Positions 27,641 through 38,822 of a stretch of DNA of 40,877 bases are shown in pieces. How positions within the stretch are numbered: position 1 is the stretch's first letter; every line of letters begins with the position of its first letter. This stretch comes from a virus (lineage: Duplodnaviria; Heunggongvirae; Uroviricota; Caudoviricetes): the IMG/VR virus record IMGVR_UViG_3300024269_000017. The stretch is one strand, 5' to 3'. Position numbers and translations under genes: made by a program. Below the pieces are notes generated by a model. The model saw only the letters and a program-made list of their open reading frames with translations, was not told the DNA's origin and made no database searches.

Positions 27641-29018
27641 TTAACTCCGTTACCTCCTCAAGATATTTGAATTGCACTTTCTTTTCTTCAGACAAATCTC
27701 TCCAAACTACACTCCACACCCCATGTTCTTGTAGCCATTTCATTTCAGTATAAATCATAGCATGAGCTACTGCACATACAGTAGGAATTGGAGTAATTAA
27801 ATTACGAGTGCATTCATATTGAGCACCAAGACAGGTGCCAGTACATAATTCATTAATAGGACATTGCGCACAATGCGGCAAAGATGCTTTATGCATAGAA
27901 TATGTTGAAATTAACAATTCCGGATTGATGCATTCAAATTTCAAAATTTCTTTTTCATCAGGCACCAATTTACCATAATACATATCTTCATATCCTGTGC
28001 GGTGACATGGATACATCATTAAGTCACTTACACGTAATGTAAATTGGCTTTGAATACCGCAGGTAAGACCACGTCCACAAGTTGTTAAAGGCTGACTAAA
28101 CATATTAAAACCATTTGCTTTAACTAACCAGCCTGCCATAGCATATGGATCTTTATTAATTTTATTTTCCCATACCCAATCAAGAACAAATCTCATAAAT
28201 TTACACAAAGACTGAACTTGATCATAATTCCATTCTTCATTGCGGACATGCAATAAATACAGGCTCTCCCATGGGATATTGTGTTTTTCCATCATTTCTT
28301 GGAACCACAAGAAATTTTGAGGCCATGCATCAATATTTCTACTATATACCATTGGATGCAAGCCACCATGAATCATATGAGAAAATTGAAATGCACGATC
28401 ATAGTACTCGTCATCTCGCACACCACCACCCAAATCCACATCTAGATCATGTAGATAAGGACGATTGTCTTCCATATATTTTCCATCAAAACTCGCACTA
28501 AGACCTAGAGTAATACCTATACTTTCGAATTTAGCATGAAGTTCTTTTACTCTTGCAGTTGCTTCTTCAGAACACACAAAAGTAAAATTAGTAGGAATTA
28601 CAATTTCAATTGGACGATATAAAGGATCTAAATCCTTAAAATGTTCATAAATAGTTTCTAATACTTTATATCCAACTTCTTGAGCTAATAATTCACCAGA
28701 GAAAATTTCAATGTTAGCGTTCCAATCATTATGAGTGTACCATTGTAAAATAGTTTTTAGATTTTCAATAGTACGCTCTTCGTTGAAACAATCTTCACTA
28801 AAAATCTTTTTGCGATGACGATGTAAATAACAATATCTACAACCTAAATTGCAACGCGGTGAAATAATTAACTCAATATTTTTCATTTTCTGATCTCTTG
28901 GGGTATCAATAGAGAAATCATCATAAAAATATTTCTCAATTACCCAAGCGCCCAATTCATGATTTTCTTTTTGATATTGAGACAAACCAGTATCATTTAC
29001 ATTGCAATGCTCGGCCAT
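27630..29018 (-). CDS. Radical SAM/SPASM domain protein (peptide/protein maturase type)
   Basis: CNLGCRYC; FSGEL; ASFDG; TCG...YPCHR; CAQCPINELCTGTC (CX2CX5CX3C)...TVC. Confidence 0.9.
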   Translation of the reverse strand: MAEHCNVNDTGLSQYQKENHELGAWVIEKYFYDDFSIDTPRDQKMKNIELIISPRCNLGCRYCYLHRHRKKIFSEDCFNEERTIENLKTILQWYTHNDWNANIEIFSGELLAQEVGYKVLETIYEHFKDLDPLYRPIEIVIPTNFTFVCSEEATARVKELHAKFESIGITLGLSASFDGKYMEDNRPYLHDLDVDLGGGVRDDEYYDRAFQFSHMIHGGLHPMVYSRNIDAWPQNFLWFQEMMEKHNIPWESLYLLHVRNEEWNYDQVQSLCKFMRFVLDWVWENKINKDPYAMAGWLVKANGFNMFSQPLTTCGRGLTCGIQSQFTLRVSDLMMYPCHRTGYEDMYYGKLVPDEKEILKFECINPELLISTYSMHKASLPHCAQCPINELCTGTCLGAQYECTRNLITPIPTVCAVAHAMIYTEMKWLQEHGVWSVVWRDLSEEKKVQFKYLEEVTELNVN

Positions 29019-30409
29019 GGTTTCATCGCTCCTCTATTTACTAAAATTTTATAATATCGCATCATTTCTTCCACAGCACCATTGCCTAATAAACGCAAAT
29101 AACTGCAAGGTACAATAGAAGGATTAGTTGTATAGTCTTCCTCAACGCCAATATGACAATATAATCCACAAGTCATCATAAACATTAATAAACGATCATC
29201 TTCATTATATGCATATTTACTGTTGATTTGTCCAGCGCAAGCCATTGTTACAGCCATTTGATCAAAGAAATATTTTCTAGACATAATATCGGCATGGAAA
29301 GACATAGAACCATAAGTGCGTTTCATCCAAACCTTATCATTAGTATTCATATTACATCCACTTTGCATTGCATGCTTAGTCTTCATTTTTTCATCAAGAG
29401 CTGCATTACGACAGAGACGATTACAAGTATAAATATTTCCTTCATGATCAATAGTAATATTATTCTTACTAGCGGAACAAGAATAAGAATTTTCTTGTGT
29501 CGCAATAGGATTGCCAGCTTCTGCTTGGAAAAATACTTCAGGTCCATTAAATAATTGACCAAAAAGAGGGCGACCATCATAGCAAGGTTTATCTTGTACA
29601 TTTACTCTCGGTAAAAAGCTAAGCCATTTTGCAAATGTCTCACCATCTTCTTGAGTATAATAGCCTGGGTCAACCAAAGTTGGGCAACCCGCAATTTGTA
29701 AACTAATATTTTTTTTACCTTCAATTAATTTATCGCATTCAACTTGTAAATCATTGAAGAATTTATAATACCAGTTAAATGAATCAATTCCTCTCTCATT
29801 CATAATTTTCATATAACTAACATCTAATGTAGCTTTAGTATTAATTACAAGAGAGAAATATTCCATATCTGCAGGACAACGAGTTAAAATTTCTTTCATA
29901 GTTTTAATTGTGCTCGCAGTCGCTCCAGGATGACGAGAATCATCATTAAATTCAGGTGGACCATCTAAAGACATTTGAAGATTAAAAGTGATTTTACGTT
30001 TGTGGTGAGTTGCATAAACCATCATTGGCAAGAAAAAATCTTCATAAATGCGATCGCCCAAAAGAGCATTAGTAGAAAACATTACATCTTTAGCATTTGG
30101 ATAATAGTCAAATAATGCTTCAAATGTTGCTCGCCAGTACTGACTATTAATTGTAGGTTCTGCGCCCCACAAACTTACATTTTCAATAGCATCACGGATG
30201 CCTGCGGTGACACGTTTAACATTTTCTACAAAAGTTCCATCTTCAAGTGCTTGACGAATATCTCTATTATAAGAAGCCATGCACTTTTTTTCTTTTTCAA
30301 TATAACAATATTTACATGCCATATTGCAATCTGATGACCAGTGTAGGCTGACGCTGGCTATATTAGCCAGCGCTTCGCCTAAATAATCAAGAGAAGGAAT
30401 TTGTTTCAT
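28997..30409 (-). CDS. Radical SAM protein with partial SPASM domain
   Basis: CNMACKYC; WGAEP; STN; SLDGPPEFNDDSR; CSAS...ITIDHEGNIYTC; CGLYC...PC; GAGGAG RBS. Confidence 0.9.
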   Translation of the reverse strand: MKQIPSLDYLGEALANIASVSLHWSSDCNMACKYCYIEKEKKCMASYNRDIRQALEDGTFVENVKRVTAGIRDAIENVSLWGAEPTINSQYWRATFEALFDYYPNAKDVMFSTNALLGDRIYEDFFLPMMVYATHHKRKITFNLQMSLDGPPEFNDDSRHPGATASTIKTMKEILTRCPADMEYFSLVINTKATLDVSYMKIMNERGIDSFNWYYKFFNDLQVECDKLIEGKKNISLQIAGCPTLVDPGYYTQEDGETFAKWLSFLPRVNVQDKPCYDGRPLFGQLFNGPEVFFQAEAGNPIATQENSYSCSASKNNITIDHEGNIYTCNRLCRNAALDEKMKTKHAMQSGCNMNTNDKVWMKRTYGSMSFHADIMSRKYFFDQMAVTMACAGQINSKYAYNEDDRLLMFMMTCGLYCHIGVEEDYTTNPSIVPCSYLRLLGNGAVEEMMRYYKILVNRGAMKPWPSIAM

Positions 30410-30430
30410 ATCTCCGTTTTCTCCTCTCGC

Positions 30431-31924
30431 TTAATTCGAGTAATTTCTTGAATAATAATTACTAGTATAATTACCAGTTTTATTGCCAGAATTATATGTA
30501 GAATAGTTACCAGACTTATAAGTGGTATGATAACCTGTCTTATAGCTAGTATAATCCGCGGTATCATAACTATGATTGGTGCCATTATGAGAACTCTTGG
30601 CGCCACTGTCATTAGAAGAATAATAACTTCCATGATGGGAGGTATAATCCGCGCTATCATAGCTATAATTACTCGTTTTATAAGTTGTATAATGCGTTTT
30701 TGCGCTTGCATTATAACCACCATGATTACTTGTGTAATCTGCACTATCGTGAGAATATTTTCCACCATAGTGAGTAGTATAATTTGCGCCTTTTGCAGAT
30801 GCATTATAAGTAGCAAAATTGCTGCCATTATATCCGGCATAATGAGTGTACTTTCCACTGTTATATCCAGTATAATCTCCACCATTAGCAGATGCGTAAT
30901 ATGAGCCTTTGTGCGTAGCATAGTTTGTGCTATGATAGGCATAATTACCACCATTGTGGACGGAATAATGTGCATTTGCTGTTGTATAATATCCGCCAAA
31001 ATTATTAGTATTATAAGAACTTAAGTGACCAACTTTTTCACTCTAATAATGTGTACTATTATGACCAGATTTATGTGTAATATAATATGTTTCATAATGA
31101 GCAGTATTTTGCCCAGTATAATGATTAACATAATAAGAAGTTTTTACTGTGGCATTATAATTAGTATAGTTTGCAGTATCATAAGTTACATAATGAGTAG
31201 TATAATATGTGGCATTATTTGAAGTATTGTAGCCTGCATAATGGCTATATTTTTGCGCACCATTATGTGTATCAAATTCAGTACTAAATTGATTACCAAA
31301 ATGATCTGGACAATGTGAAGTATTATAAATTTGATAGTGCGTAGTATAATAATTAGTATAATACGCTTTATGGTTACTACTATAATCCGCAGACTTATGA
31401 AGACGATTGCCCGTATAATAAGTTCCATGGAACTAATAATGAGCACTCTTATACGTTACATAATTTGTTGTATTATGTTCATAATTTCCACCAAAATAAG
31501 AATAATAATGAGTACCATTATGAGTAGTATAATAATCTGCATAATGATTCGTATAATAACTTGCATTATGACCATATCGATGACTGTTAAAATACTCAGT
31601 ATAATAAGAATTATGCCAAGCTGTCCAGTTATTAATATCATATCCGGTATAATAATTTACTAAATGCCCTGTATAATAAGCATCATTATATCCAGATTTA
31701 TGACCTGATTTATAAGATGAAAGATGCCCGTTATAATATGTACCTTTTTCACCATTGTGATGGGTAGCATAATGTCCACTATAATGTGAACTTAAATGTC
31801 CGCTCAAGTGCCCTGAATAATATGCAGGGCAATGAGCAGCTTCTTGGGCCTAAATTGCAGTTAATGGATTATTTAAGTCAGAAGGAATAATTTTATTTCC
31901 TTTGACTGCTGTTGAAGTCGCCAT
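30431..31924 (-). CDS. Tyr/His/Asn/Ser/Thr/Gly tetrapeptide-repeat protein B (497 aa; three TAG=Gln); mostly missed by the ORF track
   Basis: GGAGGA RBS, ATG 31924. MATSTAVKGNKIIPSDLNNPLTAI*AQEAAHCPAYYSGHLSGHLSSHYSG... is open (TAG at 31850, 31433, 31043 only) to ...YYSRNYSN-TAA 30431. About 90 Tyr by hand count. Confidence 0.85.
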
Positions 31925-31946
31925 TGTGGATTATTCCTCCTTTTTA

Positions 31947-33563
31947 TTAAGTTACAGTAACATTATGCGATTTATTACCAGCACGATAAGCGGTATAATT
32001 AGAAGTATTATAAGTGCCATAATTAGCAGTATAATAACCTGTCTTATAATTACTATGGTTACCACTATTATAACCACTCCAGTGAGAATTACGAGCAGCA
32101 TTTTGACCACTATTATAAGAGCTATCATGTCCACTCTTATTACCTGAATAATGACCACTATTATATCCGCTCCAGTGAGAACGCTGTGCAGTTAAATTAG
32201 AGTTATTATATGTTGCATAGTTACCGCTTAAATGACTTGTATAATAACCACTATTATAACCACTCCAATGATTATTATAAGTGGAATAATTTGAACCATT
32301 ATGACTGGTGTAATGACCACTTAAATGTCCTGTATAATTACCATTATTTTCAGAGCTTCTATGAGAAGTATATACAGTCTTATTATGATTAGTGTAATGC
32401 GTAGCATAATAACCACTTAAATGCCCTGTATAATCACCTGCATTGTGAGATACATAATGAGCTCTATAACCAGTTTGATATCCCATATTATGACTAGAAT
32501 ATCGTCCTGTATAATGAGTAGTATAATTATTACTATTATAAGTTGAATAATGATTATTTTTTCCTGTGTATTGAGCAGTATAATTAGAGCTTAAATAGCC
32601 AGAATTGTATCCAGTATAATTAGCTGCATCACGACTAGTGTATTGAGTACCATTATGCCCTGAATAATGCGTTTTTTGTCCTGCTTTATTTGTACTATTA
32701 TAGGTCGAATAATGAGTTGTATAATTAGTAGTTTTTGCTCCACTATTATAGGTGGAATAATGAGAGCTTCTGTGAGCATAATCATATGTTTCAAAATGAC
32801 TATCATAAGCAACAGCACGGTGAGATTTTGCTCCAATATGATAAGTGGTATATTGAGTACCGTAATAGCCAGTATAATGACTATTTTGATTAGTATAATG
32901 ACTATAATAATAATTATTATAATTAGTACTCTTATAAGAACTATCATGTGAACTATAATAACCACTATAATATTCTGCATTATGACTTTCAAATTCTGCC
33001 GCTCTATGATAAAAATGACTTTTTTCAGTAGTATTGCGAGTTGTATAATGAGTTGCATAATAAGTAGCATTTCTACCGCTGTAATGTGGAGCAAAATACG
33101 TATTATAATGAGCTTCACGATGAGCAGAATAATAAATACCACATGCTGCCCAGTTATCAAAATATTGCCAATTACTATGATGAGATCCATAGAAATCGGA
33201 ATTATGAGTTGTATAATAGCTACTATAATGACTACTCTTATAACTACTTTCTCTGCCGCTATAATATGTTGCATTATATGAAGTATATTGTGTTGCATAA
33301 ACCGTAGATTTATGCGCATTTAAATATCCTGCATTATAAGCGGCACAACCGTAATTGATAGAACCAGCTTGGCTATCAATAACATCCGATAATTCTTTAG
33401 GCGAATTATAATTTAATTTAGAATTATAAACTGCAATAGGATCATGTTGCCAATTATATTTGGCTAAACCCAATTTATCAGTTCTAAAATTATCAATTCG
33501 ATTTCGAACTAATAAATAATCAGAATATGCAGTTTTCTAACCCGTTGAAACTGGTACCGCCAT
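31947..33563 (-). CDS. Tyr/His/Asn/Ser/Thr/Gly tetrapeptide-repeat protein A (538 aa; one TAG=Gln at codon 9)
   Basis: AAGGAGGG RBS, ATG 33563. MAVPVSTG*KTAYSDYLLVRNRIDNFRTDKLGLAKY... is continuous with track ORF 31947-33473. About 90 Tyr by hand count. Confidence 0.88.
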
Positions 33564-33592
33564 TCGTTCGCCCTCCTTTATCTCTATAAAAT

Positions 33593-33621
33593 ATTATAAC
33601 AAAAATTTTTATCTATGTCAA
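33593..33621 (-). promoter_or_regulatory. Consensus sigma70 promoter driving the repeat-protein/rSAM operon
   Basis: On the - strand: TTGACA (33621-33616), 17 bp, TG-T-TATAAT (33598-33593). Confidence 0.85.
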
Positions 33622-33655
33622 AAAAAAATATGGCCGCAATTAAGCGGCCATATTT
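33621..33655 (-). terminator. Intrinsic terminator after the tail fibre gene
   Basis: AAATATGGCCGC/GCGGCCATATTT stem, with a T-run running into the promoter -35. Confidence 0.85.
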
Positions 33656-33843
33656 ACTATAAAATTTTAACATAAAGTTAAAATATATATATTCACATTT
33701 ACCGCAATCACCATGGGTTGCGTGATGTGGGATTTATCGGACAACATTCAAAATTTAATGTCTATGAAGTAATAGATAAATACCACCAAATCTGTTAAAC
33801 AGCAATTTTTCAATCAATTGGTGTGTATTTTATATAAAAATTA

Positions 33844-36800
33844 TTAACGAACTTTAATCCAGATTCGTCCATTTACTTCAACATTACCAGTGCCCCAAGT
33901 CTCATAATTAGGGATTTCAGAAACAGTGCCAACAATACGATCAGGATACATCATAATTTCTTCTCTTGTCATTAAACTAACAGTGCCATTCGGACCAGTA
34001 CATACTGCTGCACCAAGAGGATAAGAATTTCTATCTTCATAAGTATATGCTAAAGCACGTCCAGCAACCGCCAAAGGAGTTTTACATTCGTTTGTTTCAC
34101 CCATAGCAGAACCAAAAGTATCAGATACAATACTTGCCCCAGCCTACAGTCTCTCTGTTGAAATTTTCATTTCTCCAGAAATATCTTCTATTACCACTCG
34201 GCCTGGCTCAACTGTTTCTGCTTTTCTAAATTCAGCATAGTCATTCCAAACAGCATTATATACTTTAGTACCATAAATAGCTCCAGCAACACCAAGACCA
34301 CCAGATACTTTTAATGCACCAGAAGTAGTATTTGTTGCTGCGGTAGTATTTGTAATAGATACTACACCAGTAAATGTTTTAGTACCAGCAAAAGATTGTG
34401 TGCCGGTAGTTACAACGCCAGCTTGATTTGTTGCAGCATTAGGAACATATAATGTAGCAACGCCAGTGCCAGTAGCAATACTTAATCCACCAGTATAAGT
34501 CGGAGTATGATAATAGTTAGTGTTAGTATTTGGATTTGCTGGCATAGTTACCTTTAAGTCTACTCCAGCGACAGTACCAATAGTACTTGTTTGTCCCCAT
34601 GCTAAAGTAGGGCCGCTATTAGTTACCGCTTTCCAAGAAGGAGCGGCAGAAGAGCCACCACTTGTTAAAATCTAACCCGCAGTTCCTGTACCCAAAGAAG
34701 CAAGAGCAGAAGAACTTGATGCATATACTAATCCATATGCTGTCCAAGATGTTTTTCCAGTACCGCCGTGACCGACCCCTAAAGTGCCAGTAATACCAGG
34801 ACGTGGGCTCGCCGCAAATACGTTAGCCGCGGTAGTAGAGCCAAGATTAACCAACATGGATGGATTTGAAGTAATTCCAGTACCACCATAAGCTACAGCA
34901 AGAGCATTGGTTAATTGTAAAGTAGGAATGGAGGTTGTACCATAAAATGTTACATCTTTATTATCCATTCCAATTCGCATTGCATTATTAAAAGTTGCTT
35001 CTGTGCTGGTGTTAGTTCCAGAACCAGAGGTTTGAAGCACAAAATAATTTGCATTAGATGATCCAGTTCCTAAAACACCCGCACGCCATTCTGCCCCATA
35101 ATTGGTAGTTTGATGTTCCCAAATAATAAACTTATCAGTATCACCAGTTAAAATACGAATATCGTCATTAAAGGTTTTTGCACCAGCAAATGTTTGCGCG
35201 CCAGTGGTGACAACGCCTCCTTGCGTAGCATTTGCTGCATCAAGCGTAACAGTTCTATTTTTTCCTGCGACAGTAATAGATAAAGTTTCACCATTAGCTC
35301 CTGCAGTAGAACTAAAGTTGCTAAATAGTGAGCTCGCATCACAAGATGTTATTATACCACCGTTTAAATAAACTGGTACACTTGCACTACCAGCTGTTCC
35401 AGTTAATGCTTTAATTTCACCACTAGACATATAGACAGGCTGAGTAGTTGAACCAAGAGTGGAGGATGATGCTGTTAATGTACCAGCATTTAAGAAGATT
35501 GGTTTTGCGCTTGCACCAACACTGGCGCCAGAAGCCTTAATTATACCATCTTCCATATAAATTGGTTTAGTCGCGCTACCAATATCTGAGGTAGACGCTG
35601 TGATTGTACCACTATTTAAAAATACTGGATTATTAGATGCACCAACAGTAGAGGACGATGCTGTTAATGTACCAGCATTTAGATACATAGGAACAATACC
35701 AGATCCAACCGTAGAAGTGGATGCTGTTGCTGCACCATCTGCTGCGATATATACAGGCTTTACTCCAGAACCAATTGCAGTATCATTGGTATGAACTACA
35801 AACTGATATCCCGTAGTAGATGCTGCGACATTAGGTAAATTAAATACGTTACTATTCGCCGTACCAGAATCAATGCGAACGTCATAATCAGCAGTAGAAG
35901 CATTGGTCTTATGAAAGTCTAAATAACGACCAATTTCACTTACACCAGATCCATTAACAGTAACAAAACCATTGTTAAACCATGCGCCAGATTTTGGTAA
36001 AGTAATAGTAATAGTTTCATCCGCGCCCTTATTGGTATGACCATAAGTATCAACAGTAATCTGCGGAATGGCAAAAGAGGTTGCGGCTCCAGTTAATGTT
36101 GTAACAGTATTGCCGCTAGTATAACCACTACTTGGTCCCTTCTTAGCATGCTTTGCGTCATAGGTGACTCCGTTAGTTCCAGCAGTACCAGTTAAAACAA
36201 CAATATCATCATCTGTTGCTGTTGCACTAATATTAATCTATACATTCTTTTTAGTGACAGTAATTTTACCATTGGTATCTTGGCTAATAGTATCAATAAA
36301 AGCGGATGCATTACCTGATGTACCTGGGCTAGACACAGCAGTTTGAAGAACCTTGTAGCTACCTTCATCACCAAGCAATTCCCAGCGACTATTGTAACTA
36401 TTCCAAACATATTCTTTTGTGCCATAAATAACCACATCGCCAGCTAAACGATCATCGGGCCAAGTATATCCAGAAATTTTAGGATCAGTATTACTTTGAT
36501 TTGTGATAGCTACGGTAGCAACACCGATATAATGCATTGCATTTGTTAAACCAAGATTAATACGTAGCTGCTCGGCAGTAATTGAACCTCCAAGAGAAAC
36601 ACTTGTGCCTGCAATATTAACTGAAGAATTAACTAATTTATTATTAGCAATTGATCCCGCTAACATAGCATTGGTAACTTTACCAGTGCCAATAGTAGTA
36701 GTGATGTTCCAATCGGCACTTCCATTAGAAGAGCCTGTGCCACCTACGTCTCCACTTAAAGTAACTGCTCGTGATGCATTAAGTTTAGAAGCAGAAGTGG

Positions 36801-38178
36801 CATTACCACTGAATGTAGTTGCATATACAGTTCCTTGCGCATAAATATTCTTCCATCTAGCAGTATCTGTACCAAGACTATATGTATTATGTGCAGAAGG
36901 ATTAATATGTTGAGCAGTGGTAGTTCCACCAATTGTAGCACCACTCGCACCAATTTCTGCCTTTTTAGCAACAATAGTTTCACCAAATGTTGCACCACCA
37001 GTAACGGTTAATGCTTGTGTAGCATGATTACTACCAATAACTGCTGTTCCAGTACTTGTTAACTTTGCAGAAGCAGTAATATATGGAGCAGAAATAGTGC
37101 CTTCAGAACTAATATTTCCAACCGCTGCAATAGTAGAAGATGCACTTATAGCACCAGTAAAAGAAGATGTTTCAGTTACAGCAAGAGTGCTTTGTAATGT
37201 GGTTGCGCCAGTTGCTTTTAAAGTTCCATTAGCAACAATATTTTTTAAATTTGCAACGCCAGCTCCACTAACATAATATGTTGTACCACCAAAATATAAA
37301 GAAGTGCCTGACGCTACAGTTGTTTTATTATTTAAAGCTACTGTATTAGTAAAAGTAGTAGCTCCATTGAAAGCCGCAGTTCCAGAGGCGGTCAAATTAG
37401 AAGCAATAGCTACAGGAACCGCTGCGATGTTTAATGTATTTGTTGTGTCAGAAAGAGTTTGATAAATAATAAATTGAGAGGCTTTATTATCAAAGATACC
37501 TCTTGTTACAGAAGTTGCTTTCATTTGCCATCCATGAGAACTGTTTTTCACATTAACATAAGCATCTCCACTAGAAGTGTTGATTGTTAATGGACCAGTC
37601 ATCGTATCGCCATCAATATTCACATATAAATCATCTAAAGCAGCTTCACAGTTTGTTAAAAAATTATTAACTGTTAAAATCGGACTATTATTGTGATATA
37701 AATTGCTAGCATCACTTGTATATAAATACAACCCTCCAACTTGAGGATTTGTAGATTCTGCCAAACTTAAAATTGCCTTACCAGCGCTATCTTTAATAGC
37801 TTGCCCACTACTAAGAGTGACACCAGAAGACAGAACAGGGGAGGACTTAAAAGTCTTCACTCCATAAATTTCTTGAGCAACTAAGCTCAAAACACCAGAA
37901 TGGTCTGATGAAGCATATGGCAATTCTCTAATTGCCTCTTGACCACCAACTTCTAATTTAATACAGCTGGCTTTTTCATCGTCGCCATCTGCTTTCACAA
38001 AAGTGATTACAGGCGCACCTGTTAATAAATCTGCGTACTAAGCATTTAACGGCACTCTCTCTGTGGCAGTATCAATATAAAACTTACCATTATCAGGAGT
38101 AAAATAAGCATAACCTTCAGTTATTTTTTGATTACCTAAGCTTGCCGCAGGACCTTTAAAAATCTTAAAAAGAGCCAA
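33844..38178 (-). CDS. Long tail fibre / receptor-binding protein (1444 aa; four TAG=Gln)
   Basis: TTG 38178 with GGGAGG RBS (MALFKIFKGPAASLG...). One frame runs through TAGs at 38038, 36238, 34672 and 34144, joining four track ORFs. T/S/G/A-rich; EIGRYLDFH...DYDVRI and GTAG*ILTSGG fibre motifs. Confidence 0.85.
35340..35760 (-). repeat. Seven ~21-aa (63-bp) tandem repeats in the tail fibre
   Basis: Units xP(V/I/M)(Y/F)(L/M/I)xxGx(L/I/A)xA(S/L)xxx(V/L/I/A)Gxxx, e.g. VPMYLNAGTLTASSSTVGASN and KPIFLNAGTLTASSSTLGSTT. Confidence 0.8.
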
Positions 38179-38209
38179 TCTTCAGCCCTCCCCTGCTTAT
38201 TTATTATTC

Positions 38210-38803
38210 TTATGAAATATATAATTCATGCCAACGTACCGCTTTATCTTCTAAGATAGCAATACGGGCAAGTAATTCCTCAACGCCATCCACGCTTAAG
38301 TCCTCTTGTTCAGCACCCATTTCATTAGTTGGGAAACCTTTAAGAATATTTGCAGCACAGGCTTGAGTACTTAAATTATATACATAAATATCTTCTGCGG
38401 GATCAATAGTATAGAAACGAACAACGAATTTAATTGGACCCGCACTTTTGGTTGCCCCTTTTCCAAGTTTCCAACCAAAATAAATTTTATTAGGATCGGT
38501 AGTAGTGTCCATATCTAAGACAGGACAAATTCTTCCTTCCTTGCTTGCGTTTAAATATTCAATAACACAAGTCATTGTAGATAAGTCTACTGAATCAAAA
38601 TACCGATCAGCACAAAAATATACTGTATCCGCTTGGTGGTCATTTTCCACACCGAGGAAAGACTGGTACTCAGTAGGCAAAGTTAGCTTACGAGAGTTCC
38701 AGTCAATCTCGATAATGGGCTGAGCTAATTCAACATGATCAGCAAGCATAATGGTGGTATTTTGAATAGACTTTAACACCTTATCATAATTAGAAAAAGC
38801 CAT
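38210..38803 (-). CDS. Baseplate upper protein (BppU-like) domain protein
   Basis: IEIDWNSRKLTLP...GVENDHQADTVYF..DRYFDSVDL...GWKL...AGPIKFVVRFY. Confidence 0.55.
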   Translation of the reverse strand: MAFSNYDKVLKSIQNTTIMLADHVELAQPIIEIDWNSRKLTLPTEYQSFLGVENDHQADTVYFCADRYFDSVDLSTMTCVIEYLNASKEGRICPVLDMDTTTDPNKIYFGWKLGKGATKSAGPIKFVVRFYTIDPAEDIYVYNLSTQACAANILKGFPTNEMGAEQEDLSVDGVEELLARIAILEDKAVRWHELYIS

Positions 38804-38822
38804 TCAAAACTCCTCCATTTAA

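Noticed and set aside
30406-33319. Many Ile/Met-rich ORFs on both strands over the repeat region (e.g. 30406-30999, 30527-30904, 32591-33319)
   Set aside because: These are shadow frames of the TAT/AAT/CAT-rich repeat genes. They lack RBSs, and the Tyr/His frame has RBSs, a promoter and continuity.
30431-33563. Possible CRISPR array or DNA tandem repeat
   Set aside because: No identical direct repeats with unique spacers; the periodicity is at protein level with heavy synonymous variation
33660-33840. Suppressor tRNA or small gene in the gap after the tail fibre (a frame reads PHHATHGDCGKCEY)
   Set aside because: No TTCGA T-loop or cloverleaf seen; the peptide frame lacks a start and RBS. 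No tRNA was found anywhere in the window.
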